Assembly (NCBI GenBank): GCA_016786765.1
Contig: JAEUUZ010000022.1
Coordinates: 34,443-98,442, forward strand
DNA: 64,000 nt
Reading direction: 5' to 3'
Source: Chitinophagales bacterium
GTDB taxonomy: Bacteria; Bacteroidota; Bacteroidia; Chitinophagales; LD1
Under the pieces are notes generated by a model. The model had not been told where the DNA came from. It ran no database searches and saw only the letters and a list, made by a program, of their open reading frames with translations. The position numbers and the translations under genes are program-made. Positions 10,195 through 21,594 of the stretch are shown here, one piece after another (position 1 is the first letter of the stretch; each line of letters starts with the position of its first letter).

Positions 10195-11877
10195 TTAATC
10201 GAGTCGTATGGCCTTAAAATAGGTCAAATCTTCATTTACACTTACTTTCTCTCCCTTTTTCAGCTTTAGCGTTTGTGTTTGCGTTTGTGTTGTGCCTTTA
10301 AATCGTATGCTATTGGGTCCTACATTCACTATTACTGGCATTTCGAAGTTGGGAACGGTGCTTATCCAACGATATTCTAAAACATATGATTTTCGCCCTT
10401 TTTTGTTGAGCGTATAATTTAAAATTGGAATTTCCGGATAGTTCAAATATTGCTGAAAAAATGGGCGTAAAGGCATAGCGGTTGACATTTCAAAAAAGCG
10501 AATCACTTCCTCTGCGTTTGTTGTTTTAAATTTAAAAGCTTGATTTGCCATCTTATATATGGTGTTCCACCATAAACTATCGTTATTAACTACTGTTCTT
10601 AAGGAGTTAAGCATAAGCATACCTTTGTTGTACATATCGCCATCGCCCTCTTCGTTAACACCATAAGGGCCTTGCATAGGCGATTTGTTGCCAATAGTTG
10701 ATTTCTTCGCGTTGATGTATTCTAATGCTTTTTGTTTTCCAAACATGCATTCAACATAGATAGCTTCTGTATAAGTACAGAACCCTTCATGAATCCACAT
10801 ATCTCCAATATCAGCACAGCTAACACTGTTTCCCCACCATTCATGTCCGGTTTCATGAATAATGATATAGTCAAAATCTAACCCGATACGAGAATAGTCA
10901 CGCCCATCATAACCGGTTTTAAACTTGTTTCCATAGGCAATAGCTCCTTGATGCTCCATCCCTAAATAAGGCGTTTCAACTAGGGCGTAGCCATCTTTCA
11001 TGAAAGGATATTTTCCTAAATATTTTTCATAACATAATAGCATTGGCTTTACCTGCTCAAATTGCTTTTCTGCCTTAACTTTGTTATGTGCCAACACATA
11101 GTAATCGAGTTGAAGTATGTCCCCATCACTATATTTTAGCGTATCATTCCAATGTATATAGTTGCCAATGTTGAAGGTTACATTATAGAGATTGATAGGA
11201 TAACTTACAAACCAAGTAACAGCCTTTTTCCCGCCATACATTAGCTTTTCCCCTCGCCAATTACCATTGCATATTGCTTCTAATTGTTGAGGAATTATAC
11301 ATGTAATTTGCATGCTGTCGGGCTCGTCTGAGAGATGATCTTTACATGGCCACCAGGCACTTGCTCCAAGCCCTTCACATGCTACAGCCAACCATAAGTT
11401 ATTGTTGATATCATGTTTCCAAATAAAACCTCCATCCCATGGAGCTCGCTTTGCAATTTGCGGCTTTCCATGATAGGAGATAACAAGTGAATCTTTCTGA
11501 TGAATAATAAGTGGCTCAGGAAGTGAAATGAAAACTGCATTAAACTCTCGTGTAAAATTCAATGGACGATTACGATAGAAAATTTGATCAATGCTTAGGT
11601 TTTCGGTCAGGTCAATTTGCATTTTATTGGAATGGCTTGTAGCGTTGAAGTATATTGCGTTTCGACCTTTGATGGTCTTGTTTAGCGTATCAAAATCGAT
11701 ACTTAAATTATAAAAGGTAACATCAAAGCAATTCCGCTCTTCTCGTAAGGATCCACGAAGAGAATCCATGCGTGTAAATATTTTTTTTTGCGAAAGTAAT
11801 TGCGCGTTCATTCCTATTGCCATACATAAAAAAAGAAGTAGAAATAATGATTTTTTAACCTTTAGAATTCGAAACAT
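10195..11877 (-). CDS. M1 family metallopeptidase (aminopeptidase N-like)
   Basis: LGMEHQG exopeptidase motif, HETGHEWWGN (HExxH) and downstream WIHEGF. Confidence 0.92.
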   Translation of the reverse strand: MFRILKVKKSLFLLLFLCMAIGMNAQLLSQKKIFTRMDSLRGSLREERNCFDVTFYNLSIDFDTLNKTIKGRNAIYFNATSHSNKMQIDLTENLSIDQIFYRNRPLNFTREFNAVFISLPEPLIIHQKDSLVISYHGKPQIAKRAPWDGGFIWKHDINNNLWLAVACEGLGASAWWPCKDHLSDEPDSMQITCIIPQQLEAICNGNWRGEKLMYGGKKAVTWFVSYPINLYNVTFNIGNYIHWNDTLKYSDGDILQLDYYVLAHNKVKAEKQFEQVKPMLLCYEKYLGKYPFMKDGYALVETPYLGMEHQGAIAYGNKFKTGYDGRDYSRIGLDFDYIIIHETGHEWWGNSVSCADIGDMWIHEGFCTYTEAIYVECMFGKQKALEYINAKKSTIGNKSPMQGPYGVNEEGDGDMYNKGMLMLNSLRTVVNNDSLWWNTIYKMANQAFKFKTTNAEEVIRFFEMSTAMPLRPFFQQYLNYPEIPILNYTLNKKGRKSYVLEYRWISTVPNFEMPVIVNVGPNSIRFKGTTQTQTQTLKLKKGEKVSVNEDLTYFKAIRLD

Positions 11878-11928
11878 ATCGTTCTTTTGTTTTGTTGAAG
11901 ATACACTTGATTGGATTAAAAGAAAGTA

Positions 11929-13161
11929 ATGAGTAAAATTTTGATTCCTGTATTGATTATAACAGTACTTGTATTTGGTGAGTATTACATGTGGAAAGCG
12001 ATTCAGACAGTCTCTGGTGAAAAATTAAGAGCACTCAAATGGATTTACTTAACATTAAATATTCTGTTTTATGTTGTTTTTTTTGCCTACAAAATAGCAA
12101 GCTCCAAAGTTATACCTCAAGCAATGTTCACAATAGCTATAGCCGGAATGTTTCTATTTTTGGTGGCAAAGTTGATGGTGTTTCTTGTTTTCTTTTTGAA
12201 CGATGCGATACAGATTGTAAAATTCGGATTCTTAAAGATTAGTCAACCTCAATCCGTATCAGGCACGCCTATCAATCGTTCCACATTTTTAAGTAAAATG
12301 GCACTAGGCATTGCGGCCGTTCCGGTTTTTAGTTTAATTTATGGTGTTGTTGTAAATGCGTATAATTATCAGTTTAAAAGGGTTACACTCAAGTTTCCAA
12401 ATCTACCCAAAGCCTTTGATGGATTTACATTTGTACAACTATCCGATATTCATTCGGGTAGCTTTACACAAACACAGCCTATAGTAGATGTTATCAAAAA
12501 AATTAACGACCTAAATGTTGATCTTATATTGTTCACAGGCGATTTGGTCAATAACGTAACAAGTGAAATGGAACCGTTCATGACTATTTTTAATCAGTTA
12601 AAAGCCAAGCAAGGTGTTATGTCCATTACCGGCAACCACGATTATGGCGACTATGTGCAATGGGAAACTCCTGACGCTAAAAAGGAAAACTTTCAACGGT
12701 TCATTCAAACACACAAAGCGTTAGGATGGGATTTGTTGATGAACGAAAACAGAATTTTGGAACGCAATGGTGAAAAGATTGCTATTCTAGGTATCGAGAA
12801 CTGGGGTAAAGCCCTGCATTTCCCCAAATACGGTAAAATGAAACAGGCCGTGATTGGAACTGAAGATATTCCCTTTAAAATATTAATGAGTCACGATCCA
12901 TCGCATTGGGATGGTGAGGTTAGGCCGGAATACGCGGATATTGACTTGACGTTAAGTGGACATACGCATGGTTTTCAATTCGGTATCGAAACAAAGTATT
13001 TTAAATGGTCGCCTTCTCAGTTTGTATATAAGCAGTGGGCAGGATTATATCAGGAAGGTAAACAATATCTATATGTGAATAGAGGGTTTGGATTTCTTGG
13101 CTATCCGGGTCGTGTAGGTATTTTGCCGGAAATTACTGTAGTTGAATTGAAATGTGCATAG
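11929..13161 (+). CDS. Membrane-anchored metallophosphoesterase (YkuE-like)
   Basis: N-terminal TM helices; calcineurin-like motifs SDIH, GDLVN, GNHDYG, SHDP, SGHTHG. Confidence 0.9.
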   Translation: MSKILIPVLIITVLVFGEYYMWKAIQTVSGEKLRALKWIYLTLNILFYVVFFAYKIASSKVIPQAMFTIAIAGMFLFLVAKLMVFLVFFLNDAIQIVKFGFLKISQPQSVSGTPINRSTFLSKMALGIAAVPVFSLIYGVVVNAYNYQFKRVTLKFPNLPKAFDGFTFVQLSDIHSGSFTQTQPIVDVIKKINDLNVDLILFTGDLVNNVTSEMEPFMTIFNQLKAKQGVMSITGNHDYGDYVQWETPDAKKENFQRFIQTHKALGWDLLMNENRILERNGEKIAILGIENWGKALHFPKYGKMKQAVIGTEDIPFKILMSHDPSHWDGEVRPEYADIDLTLSGHTHGFQFGIETKYFKWSPSQFVYKQWAGLYQEGKQYLYVNRGFGFLGYPGRVGILPEITVVELKCA

Positions 13162-13225
13162 ATAAAAGGGCATATCCCTTTTGGTATTAAATTTGAAGCG
13201 TATATTGCAAAACCAATCGTTTGCA

Positions 13226-14245
13226 ATGAACATTTACCCGCTAATAAAAAGTTTACTCTTCAAGATGGATGCCGAAAAGGCACATCACCTCACGCTTTCA
13301 TTACTTAAAAACGAAATGCTATTGCCCTTAGTTCATTTAGCTAAAGCAAAGGAAGTCGATTCACCTAAAGAATTATTTGGCTTGAAATTCAAAAACCCCG
13401 TAGGTTTGGCAGCCGGCTTGGATAAAAATGCAGAGGCTATTGATGCATTGGGTGCATTGGGCTTTGGGTTTGTTGAGATTGGAACTATAACACCAAAGCC
13501 ACAAGAAGGGAATCCCAAACCTCGTTTATTTCGCTTGCCCCAAGATCAGGCATTAATCAATCGTATGGGTTTCAATAATGTTGGTGTTGCCGAGGCTGTT
13601 CGAAATTTGAACAAAAGGAAAAGCAATATTATTGTTGGGGGTAATATCGGTAAAAATAAAGTTACGCCCAATGAAGAGGCCGTTCGTGATTATGAGATTT
13701 GCTTCAATGCTTTGTTTGATGATGTAGATTATTTTGCTGTAAATGTAAGCTCCCCAAATACACCGGGTTTAAGAGCGTTGCAAGAAAAAGAGGCATTGTC
13801 CCTCATCTTACATCGTTTGCAGCATATCAATCAAGGGAAGAAAAAAGCGAAACCTATTCTTCTGAAAATTGCACCTGATTTAGGTTTGGAGCAATTAGAC
13901 GAAATTGTAGACATTGTACAAGACACTCGAATTAGTGGAATTATAGCCACCAATACTACTATCGAGCGAACCGGATTACCCCACTATTTACCTTCCGAGA
14001 TTGAACACATTGGCGCAGGTGGATTAAGTGGAAAACCGCTCACCTCAAAATCAACAGAAGTAATCGCTTATCTCCATAAAGCCGCTAAAGGGACTATTCC
14101 AATTATTGGCGTTGGAGGAATTATGAATGCGGAGCATGCTATTGAAAAGATGCATGCAGGTGCACAGTTGGTCCAACTCTATTCGGGATTCATTTATAAA
14201 GGGCCAAAGTTGATAGAGGAAATCTGTAGTAAATTATCGAAGTAA
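13226..14245 (+). CDS. pyrD: Quinone-dependent dihydroorotate dehydrogenase (class 2)
   Basis: [48 protein letters not shown] at 13226 preferred. Confidence 0.96.
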   Translation: MNIYPLIKSLLFKMDAEKAHHLTLSLLKNEMLLPLVHLAKAKEVDSPKELFGLKFKNPVGLAAGLDKNAEAIDALGALGFGFVEIGTITPKPQEGNPKPRLFRLPQDQALINRMGFNNVGVAEAVRNLNKRKSNIIVGGNIGKNKVTPNEEAVRDYEICFNALFDDVDYFAVNVSSPNTPGLRALQEKEALSLILHRLQHINQGKKKAKPILLKIAPDLGLEQLDEIVDIVQDTRISGIIATNTTIERTGLPHYLPSEIEHIGAGGLSGKPLTSKSTEVIAYLHKAAKGTIPIIGVGGIMNAEHAIEKMHAGAQLVQLYSGFIYKGPKLIEEICSKLSK

Positions 14246-15628
14246 TTTATCGTAATGCTTATACCCAATAGTATCATCCTTAAATTGAAAATAAGGAGAG
14301 GCTAGCTGATGATAATCAAAAATCCCCCACGATGTAATGAAAACCTTACTGTTCCAGAGCGTCCAATCAAAGGAGTGTGGATCGTCTGAAACAGCAATGG
14401 ATACTGTTTTGTTATTTTCAATAGTGGACAACATCCATGTTTGATAGGGAAGCGCCCATGGTAATAAGACCGAATCGCATGGCAAATCGGATGTTCTAAC
14501 TACTAGTTTTTCATTCATATGTTCTGTCAAAAACGTCCTGTTCCAATGCAATTGAGAAGAATAAATAGTGGACACCTTTTCGATTCTAATCACGAACATA
14601 ACAAGCGACACACAAAGTAGGGGTATTACAATTTTTTTGAAACTTGGTGATGTGCTGGCTTCCAAAACAAATACAAAGGATAGCATAAATGCAAGTGGAA
14701 TATAGAAGCTTTCAATTCTGAAATGAAAGATACCTCCATTGTAGTCGGTTATCTGAACAATAAGGAAGTATACTCCCCAAAAAAGTGTTGTAAAAAACAA
14801 TGGCGTCCATTTCTTTTTCAAAATGAGAATAATACTATTAAAGCCAAGTAGAATGGGGATAAAATAATATTCCTCGAGGCAAAGGGATAAGAACTGTCTA
14901 TTCACCGGAATGTTTAAATAATGCGGGAAATACCGTTTGAAATTGTCAAGCCCTGCCATTGCTGAACTATCATAAGCGTTTTTTATGAGCATTGTTTTTA
15001 TTATGCTTATAGTAAAAAACAACACTAACGATAAATGAAGTAATCTCTTGTCGAATCCATCCGATTTAAAAAATAGCAGATAAATTATACAAAACGAAAA
15101 AGGGAAAACAATTAATGGATGGAAAAAAGCAAGGGTAAAAACAAAAACAAAAAGCAATACAAATTGACTGTTCTTAAAATGCGTAATATATTTTCCTTTC
15201 ATCCAAGCTATACAAAGTGGTATAATAACAAGTCCTTGCAGTAATTCAGACTGTACCCAAAAAAAAGTATGTGTTGTAATCAGTGTTTTCAGCAATACAA
15301 GAACAATGGCTAATTCAATGTTTTTAAAATAGAGTACAATGATAAGAAAAGCAACTAAGCTTATACTTTCAAAACTTAGCGAGTACGAAAACATGATATT
15401 TAAAAGACAGAGATTTAGTTTACTCATTAGCAAAGGAACACCTTGTGTTAATGCAGAGCCAAATCGCATCACTTGAATAGCTAAATCTTCTGTGCGGAGT
15501 ATCGTAAATAATTGGAAGGCTGCATCACCAAATGCTATTCTCTCCTTGGCAAAACGAATCGATTCAATACTTGAGATAGCGAATGTGGAGATACCTATAA
15601 AGAATAAGATAAACCGATTGGTTTTCAT
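14234..15628 (-). CDS. Polytopic membrane protein of unknown function (possibly GT-C-fold glycosyltransferase-like)
   Basis: About 10 hydrophobic segments plus a soluble C-terminal tail; 3' end overlaps pyrD by 12 nt. The function is inference only. Confidence 0.6.
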   Translation of the reverse strand: MKTNRFILFFIGISTFAISSIESIRFAKERIAFGDAAFQLFTILRTEDLAIQVMRFGSALTQGVPLLMSKLNLCLLNIMFSYSLSFESISLVAFLIIVLYFKNIELAIVLVLLKTLITTHTFFWVQSELLQGLVIIPLCIAWMKGKYITHFKNSQFVLLFVFVFTLAFFHPLIVFPFSFCIIYLLFFKSDGFDKRLLHLSLVLFFTISIIKTMLIKNAYDSSAMAGLDNFKRYFPHYLNIPVNRQFLSLCLEEYYFIPILLGFNSIILILKKKWTPLFFTTLFWGVYFLIVQITDYNGGIFHFRIESFYIPLAFMLSFVFVLEASTSPSFKKIVIPLLCVSLVMFVIRIEKVSTIYSSQLHWNRTFLTEHMNEKLVVRTSDLPCDSVLLPWALPYQTWMLSTIENNKTVSIAVSDDPHSFDWTLWNSKVFITSWGIFDYHQLASPYFQFKDDTIGYKHYDKLLR

Positions 15629-15898
15629 AAACACGTTTTGAACGGGTGCAATATATTATATTCAGTACTTTACAATAATTGTTTAGCAATATAACATACA
15701 ATTTTATTCAAACGTAATTTTCGATGCCTAGGGAAAGTGAACTAAGCTAAGTAGATGTTTATAATGTATAGAAGTTACATGCATCTTGCGAAACAATGAT
15801 TTTTAAGGTGTCTACTGATTGAAACATTTTTCCACTTGATTTAATAGCAGAGTAAACTGCTTGGAATGCTTTACTTTAGCAGTTCATCAATTTTTTGT

Positions 15899-18016
15899 AT
15901 GCAAAAACTATTTTTTCTATCCCTCACGTTTTTACTTATCCAAAACATTTTTGCACAGCCCTCAATTTCCATCAATCCAGATAATGTTACCATTGTTCGC
16001 GATAGCTTTGGTGTACCGCACATTTTCGGCAAAACAGATGCTGATTGTGCTTACGGCTTAGCTTGGGCGAATGCTGAAGATGCCTTTTTTGAAACACAAA
16101 ATTTAATGTATGTAGCCAAAGGCTATATGGGGCGTAAAGATGGTATTGATGGTGTAAAGGCCGATTTTTTTGTTCATGCGATTGGTGCACGAAAAATTGT
16201 TGAAGAACGTTATACTAAAGATTTAACACCGGACTATATACGCTATCTCAATGGTTATGTGCAAGGCTTAAACGCTTATGCCGCTGCACACCCCGAGCAA
16301 GTGAAAATCAAAAAGGCATTTCCGGTAACCGATAAAGATGTATTAACTGCGTTTGTAGCTACCATGAGTTTTTTATCGTATTCCCAGAATCAAGTGGGCG
16401 ATGCGGTGGGTGGTAAGTTTGATCAGGAACCCATCAATTTTGACCATCTCAACCCATCGGTTGGTTCTAATGCCTATGCTGCAAGCAGTAAAATTACAGA
16501 CGAGAAAAAAACGTTTCTCTGCATCAACCCGCATTTGCAAATGAACGGTCCGTTAAGTTTTTATGAAATGCACTTGCAAAGTGAGGAAGGTCTCGATATG
16601 CAAGGCGTTACCTTTCAAGGTGCAAGCTCCCATGCCATGGGCACCAACAAACATTTGGGTTGGGGGTTTACATGGAATTATTTCGATAAGGTGGATATAT
16701 TCAAATTAAATATGCATGCTAAACATAAACTGCAATATGAGTTTGACGGCAAATATGAAACGTTGGAGAAGCGCCCTGTTTGGCTGAAAGTAAAAGTGAA
16801 GGGATTAACTATTCCTGTTCGTAAAATGACGTATTGGAGTAAATACGGATGCACTATAAAATCCGATAAAACGGAAAATTTTTATGCTGTTCGATTCCCG
16901 GCTAACATGACCATTAAAACCGGTCAGCAATTGTACGAAATGGCTAAATCTCAAACCTACGATCAGTTTTGGACAGCTATTCGAAATAACCATGCCATAG
17001 CACTATTTAATATGGTTTATGCTGATGAAAAGAATAATATCTTCTATTTATCGCATGGGATGTTGCCCGACAGAAAGCACCTCGAATACAAATGGGCTGG
17101 TATTGTTCCGGGGAATACCAGCAAAACGTTATGGACAAACTTAGTTCCGCTCGATAGTATGCCACATAACATTAATCCTGAATGTGGTTATGTGTTCAAT
17201 ACCAATAATAATGTATATCACGCCACCTGCCTCGAGAACAGCAAAAGTTGCAATTTGCCCGATTATGTGAATGAACGCCCTGGCGATAATAACCGAGCAG
17301 TTACGTTGAAAAATTTCTTCAATACGCATCCAACATTTTCTTACAAAGAGTTCAAGAAGATAAAGTATGAAACACGTTTCCCCAACAACAGTCAATTCAT
17401 CAAATCCTTAAGCCCTTTGTGGAATTTGGATAAAACAAAATATCCTGATTTAACTGAAGCAATCGAAATGCTTCAAGGCTGGGACAGAAACACGGATGTG
17501 AATTCTATTCCTACAACCTTGTTCGGCTCATTTATCAAAACCATTTGGGACGATAGGCACTATGGCGATTATGAGTTTATTACCGGGATAACTCCACTCA
17601 CCGAAGAGCAAACAGTTGATTATTTAAAACGCGCAAAGGAATTTATGTTGAAGAATTTTGGAACCATCCGTGTGCCTTGGGGTGAGGTTCATAAATTGCG
17701 AAGAGGCGATAAAGCACTGTCTATTGAGAGTTTTGCCGATTTGTTATCGCCAAGTTACCCGAAAGCAAATATCATTAATGGTAAGTTGGAATTTAATCCG
17801 GAGCATGGCGATACCTATTGTATGTTTGTCCAATATGGCAAAGATGGTGCTGAAACGATTGAAACTTTAGAGCCACTGGGTAATTCCTTGAATCCAACCA
17901 GTAAACACTATGCCGATCAAATGGAGATTTTCACTAAAAAGCAGCATAAGCAAATGCCTTTCGACAAAAGCTACTGGCTTACACATGCCGAAACGACATA
18001 TCATCCAAAACGTTAA
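15899..18016 (+). CDS. Penicillin acylase family Ntn-hydrolase (AHL/beta-lactam acylase-like)
   Basis: RDSFGVPHIFG, YGLAWANAED, catalytic beta-chain start GSNAYA, INPHL, Gly-rich FTWN region. Confidence 0.9.
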   Translation: MQKLFFLSLTFLLIQNIFAQPSISINPDNVTIVRDSFGVPHIFGKTDADCAYGLAWANAEDAFFETQNLMYVAKGYMGRKDGIDGVKADFFVHAIGARKIVEERYTKDLTPDYIRYLNGYVQGLNAYAAAHPEQVKIKKAFPVTDKDVLTAFVATMSFLSYSQNQVGDAVGGKFDQEPINFDHLNPSVGSNAYAASSKITDEKKTFLCINPHLQMNGPLSFYEMHLQSEEGLDMQGVTFQGASSHAMGTNKHLGWGFTWNYFDKVDIFKLNMHAKHKLQYEFDGKYETLEKRPVWLKVKVKGLTIPVRKMTYWSKYGCTIKSDKTENFYAVRFPANMTIKTGQQLYEMAKSQTYDQFWTAIRNNHAIALFNMVYADEKNNIFYLSHGMLPDRKHLEYKWAGIVPGNTSKTLWTNLVPLDSMPHNINPECGYVFNTNNNVYHATCLENSKSCNLPDYVNERPGDNNRAVTLKNFFNTHPTFSYKEFKKIKYETRFPNNSQFIKSLSPLWNLDKTKYPDLTEAIEMLQGWDRNTDVNSIPTTLFGSFIKTIWDDRHYGDYEFITGITPLTEEQTVDYLKRAKEFMLKNFGTIRVPWGEVHKLRRGDKALSIESFADLLSPSYPKANIINGKLEFNPEHGDTYCMFVQYGKDGAETIETLEPLGNSLNPTSKHYADQMEIFTKKQHKQMPFDKSYWLTHAETTYHPKR

Positions 18017-18053
18017 ATTCATTTTTCATACATTCACAAAAAAAATCAAAACC

Positions 18054-19283
18054 ATGCGCAAGTTATTTTCTGTTTTTGCAACAGCCACCATCGGTTTAAT
18101 CCTGTTTGGTTGTAATCAAAAAGGAGCCTCTTCTGGCGATAGTGCTGCCTTCGAAAAGGAGGTTCAAGAAAAATTAATCAATGCCAAAGAAGGCGAAGTC
18201 ATTGAGCTGCCGGAAGGTACCTTCACAATGACACGTCCGTTGATTTTGGATGGGATTAATAATGTAACGATTCGTGGAAAGGGTAAAGACAAAACCATTT
18301 TGAATTTCAAAGGACAGAAAGATGGCGCGGAAGGACTTCGTATCACCGCTAATGGTACTATTTTAGAAGATTTTGCTGTAATAGACGCAAAAGGCGATTG
18401 TATTAAAGTGCAAGATGCACAGGGGATTACATTCCGCAGATTAAAAGTGGGTTGGTCTACTGAAGGTTCTACGCTTAATGGATCCTATGGTTTGTATCCG
18501 GTTCAATCGTCAAATGTATTAATCGAAGAATGTGAAGTGTTTGGTTCGTCAGATGCCGGTATTTATGTAGGACAATCAAAAAACATTATTGTACGTAAAA
18601 ATTTAGTACATGGTAATGTAGCCGGTATTGAGATTGAAAACTCTATGGATGCTGATGTATATGAAAATACAAGCGAGCATAATACGGGAGGCGTTTTAGT
18701 GTTCGATTTACCTGATTTACCGGTGAAGAACGGTGCAAGATGCAGAGTGTACAACAATAAGATTATTGATAATAACATAAAAAACTTTGGACCAAAGGGC
18801 ACTACCGTTTCTGAAATTCCTGCTGGAACCGGTGTAATTATAATGGCTACTAATCAATGCGAAGTGTTCGGTAATGAAATTAAAGGACATAACTCAGTGA
18901 GCTTAGCAGTAGTTAGTTACTTATCGTTACAGAAGCCATATAAGGATACCGTTTACGATCCTTATGTTGGTGGAGTTTCGGTACACGATAATCAATTTGA
19001 ACGTGGCACGGGTTCATTAGATAATTCTGTGTTATTCGGGAAAATGTTTGCGGCCATCTTTGGCGACAAAGTTCCAGATATAGTGTTTGATGGGTCGATT
19101 AACCCGGCCTATAAAAATGCTGACGGATCTACTAAAGAAGATCAAAAAGTTTGCTTCCACAATAATGGAAATGTAACCTATACCAATATTGATTTGGAAC
19201 ATAAGTCGGCAAATATGTCGAACGATATAACCAAGATGGACTGTACTATTCCCGCACTTAAGGAAGTTAAACTGATGCAGTAA
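18054..19283 (+). CDS. Parallel beta-helix repeat lipoprotein (TIGR03805-like)
   Basis: Lipobox ILFGC. Repeats YGLYPVQSSNVLIE, SDAGIYVGQS, NVAGIEIENS, NTGGVLVFDLP. Adjacent to a diheme cytochrome gene, the known pairing. Confidence 0.82.
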   Translation: MRKLFSVFATATIGLILFGCNQKGASSGDSAAFEKEVQEKLINAKEGEVIELPEGTFTMTRPLILDGINNVTIRGKGKDKTILNFKGQKDGAEGLRITANGTILEDFAVIDAKGDCIKVQDAQGITFRRLKVGWSTEGSTLNGSYGLYPVQSSNVLIEECEVFGSSDAGIYVGQSKNIIVRKNLVHGNVAGIEIENSMDADVYENTSEHNTGGVLVFDLPDLPVKNGARCRVYNNKIIDNNIKNFGPKGTTVSEIPAGTGVIIMATNQCEVFGNEIKGHNSVSLAVVSYLSLQKPYKDTVYDPYVGGVSVHDNQFERGTGSLDNSVLFGKMFAAIFGDKVPDIVFDGSINPAYKNADGSTKEDQKVCFHNNGNVTYTNIDLEHKSANMSNDITKMDCTIPALKEVKLMQ

Positions 19284-19304
19284 ACCAAGATTTTAAATTG
19301 AGAG

Positions 19305-19332
19305 GGGAAGGCAATACGTCTTCCCTTTTTTT
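19305..19332 (+). terminator. Possible intrinsic terminator
   Basis: GGGAAG...CTTCCC stem followed by a T run after the stop codon. Confidence 0.5.
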
Positions 19333-19420
19333 ATAATAAAACACTGACAAAAATCACTGAATATTTATTTCCATGAACCAATGAAATACTAATTTTGTTA
19401 TCATAGAACAATCCTTACAT

Positions 19421-20521
19421 ATGCGTAAATCTATCCTTGTTGTTACTTCATTACTAACCATTGTTGTTGGTCTTGTTTTGCATTCGTGTTCAACACCCTC
19501 CACTGGTGAAGTTGTTTTGAATGTGGCCGATAAATCATTCGATTTACTTTCGAAGTATCATTTTTTTGAAGGGACGTTAAACGATTTGAAACCAAATGTT
19601 GGTGTATTGCCCTATGATTTGGCTTCACCGCTTTTTACGGACTATGCGCACAAAGCACGATTTGTCTACGTTCCGAAAGGGAAACAAGTCGATTACCAAG
19701 AAGAGGGTGTGTTGAATTTGCCTGTGGGTTCATGCTATATTAAAAACTTCTATTACCCGTTTGATTTTCGGGATTTATCGAAGGGGCGAAGAATCATTGA
19801 AACGCGTATGTTAGTTCATCGCGAAAATGGCTGGGAATCGCTTTCTTATATTTGGAAAGATGATCAAAGCGATGCTACACTTGAAGTGGCGGGCGATATC
19901 AAACAAGTAAGTTGGATTCATGATGATGGCAAAAAAATGGATATTGATTATGTGATTCCGAATAAGAATCAATGTAAAGGTTGCCACTGGGATAATAAAA
20001 ATAATGCCTTCATGCCTATTGGTCCGAAAGTGCGTAATTTAAATCATGATTATGCTTACGCAGATGGTGTAAAAAATCAAATTGAAAAGTGGACTGCTAT
20101 GGGTATTTTGAAAGGCGCTAAACCAGGCGCACAATGCCCGAAAATGGTTAGTTATTACGATACTACCGCTACTGTGAACGATAGAGCTAGAGCCTATTTG
20201 GAGATAAATTGTGCGCATTGCCATAATCCGAACGGACCGGCCTATACATCCGGCTTATATGTGAACTTGGAAAATACCAATCCCGAAAATTTAGGTATCT
20301 GTAAAGCACCGGTTGCTGCCGGTATTGGAACAGGAGATCGGTTATGGGATATTGTTCCGGGAAATCACAATGCATCTATTTTATCTTACCGAATGGAATC
20401 GGTAGATGCCGGTGTAAAAATGCCGGAAGTAGGTCGCGTATTAGCCCACAAAGAAGGGGTTGCGTTGATCAATCGTTGGATTGATGAAATGAAGGCCGGT
20501 GAATGCGGTGTAAAACAATAA
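19421..20521 (+). CDS. SO2930/HNE_0200-family diheme c-type cytochrome lipoprotein (TIGR03806-like)
   Basis: PLFTDYAHKARF, ETRMLVHRENGW, two CxxCH motifs (CKGCH, CAHCH), C-terminal MPEVGR. TAATTTTG box at 19390-19397. Confidence 0.82.
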   Translation: MRKSILVVTSLLTIVVGLVLHSCSTPSTGEVVLNVADKSFDLLSKYHFFEGTLNDLKPNVGVLPYDLASPLFTDYAHKARFVYVPKGKQVDYQEEGVLNLPVGSCYIKNFYYPFDFRDLSKGRRIIETRMLVHRENGWESLSYIWKDDQSDATLEVAGDIKQVSWIHDDGKKMDIDYVIPNKNQCKGCHWDNKNNAFMPIGPKVRNLNHDYAYADGVKNQIEKWTAMGILKGAKPGAQCPKMVSYYDTTATVNDRARAYLEINCAHCHNPNGPAYTSGLYVNLENTNPENLGICKAPVAAGIGTGDRLWDIVPGNHNASILSYRMESVDAGVKMPEVGRVLAHKEGVALINRWIDEMKAGECGVKQ

Positions 20522-20590
20522 TAGACAACTCTCCTTTCGCTGTTAATGCAGAATCGAAAACTGCATTATCTTTAACGCGAAATCAACTGC

Positions 20591-21400
20591 ATGCAAAAAA
20601 TTACCGAACAAGAATCTTTGTTTAAAGCCCTCGATAAAATGAGCACGAAAGAACTGCTCTCGAACATCAATACGGTCGATAAAACCGTCCCCATAGCTGT
20701 AGAAAAGTGCATTCCGCAAATCGAACACTTGGTGGATGTAATTGTAGATAAAATGTTGGCAGGAGGTCGTTTGTTTTATATGGGAGCAGGTACCAGCGGG
20801 CGTTTGGGAATCTTAGACGCATCTGAATGCCCTCCAACCTATGGTGTTCCGCATGGTTTAGTTATTGGTTTAATTGCCGGAGGAGATAATGCTATTCGCA
20901 AAGCAGTCGAATTTGCCGAAGATGATAGAACTCAGGGCTGGAAAGACTTGCAACAGTATAACATTTCCGAAAAGGATGTTGTTGTTGGTATTGCAGCATC
21001 CGGTACTACACCTTATGTGATAGGTGCTTTAGACGAGTGCCGGAAAAATGGAGTAACAACAGGATGCATTACTTGTAACATTGATTCTCCATTAGAGGCA
21101 GCGGCTGATTTTCCCATTGTTTGTGTGGTAGGTCCGGAATTTGTTACCGGAAGCACCCGCATGAAAAGCGGAACAGCACAGAAGTTAATCCTGAATATGA
21201 TATCCACTTCGGTAATGATCAAAATTGGAAGGGTAGAAGGGAACCGCATGGTGAATATGCAATTGTCGAACGAGAAGCTCATTCAACGGGGTATTGCAAT
21301 GATACAACTGGAAATCAACGGATTGAGTGCAGAATCCGCTAAGGACTTACTTTTGAAGCATGGCAGTGTAAAAAGTGCAATTTCTGAATATAGGCAGTAG
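20591..21400 (+). CDS. murQ: N-acetylmuramic acid 6-phosphate etherase
   Basis: GAGTSGRLGILDASECPPTYG, GIAASGTTPYV, TGSTRMKSGTAQKL. Confidence 0.96.
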   Translation: MQKITEQESLFKALDKMSTKELLSNINTVDKTVPIAVEKCIPQIEHLVDVIVDKMLAGGRLFYMGAGTSGRLGILDASECPPTYGVPHGLVIGLIAGGDNAIRKAVEFAEDDRTQGWKDLQQYNISEKDVVVGIAASGTTPYVIGALDECRKNGVTTGCITCNIDSPLEAAADFPIVCVVGPEFVTGSTRMKSGTAQKLILNMISTSVMIKIGRVEGNRMVNMQLSNEKLIQRGIAMIQLEINGLSAESAKDLLLKHGSVKSAISEYRQ

Positions 21401-21566
21401 TTAATTTACTACTCCGTTTTGACCATTGTGGATAAATACTTTATTTAGAATAATTCTAAGCTTTACTAGAACCCTTTTAAACAGTGAATTTGGAGCAAAT
21501 GTTCTGTTAATTAACAAAGCCATAATATTTGTTTGAAATCGCTTGTTTTTTTGAAATTTTAGCAGT

Positions 21567-21574
21567 TATATTTG
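21567..21574 (+). promoter_or_regulatory. -7 promoter box (TATATTTG) of the act-cox operon
   Basis: Consensus match. It lies inside the TTG-extended ORF, which supports ATG 21595 or 21613 as the real start. Confidence 0.6.
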
Positions 21575-21594
21575 CCCCGTCTTGTGACAAATCC

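Noticed and set aside
21529-21594. Upstream TTG/GTG extensions of ORFs (actA 21529; likewise 6241, 13181, 15866, 17910, 46441, 48299)
   Set aside because: The extensions overlap promoter boxes, REPs or neighbouring genes; downstream ATGs give proper signal peptides or family N-termini.
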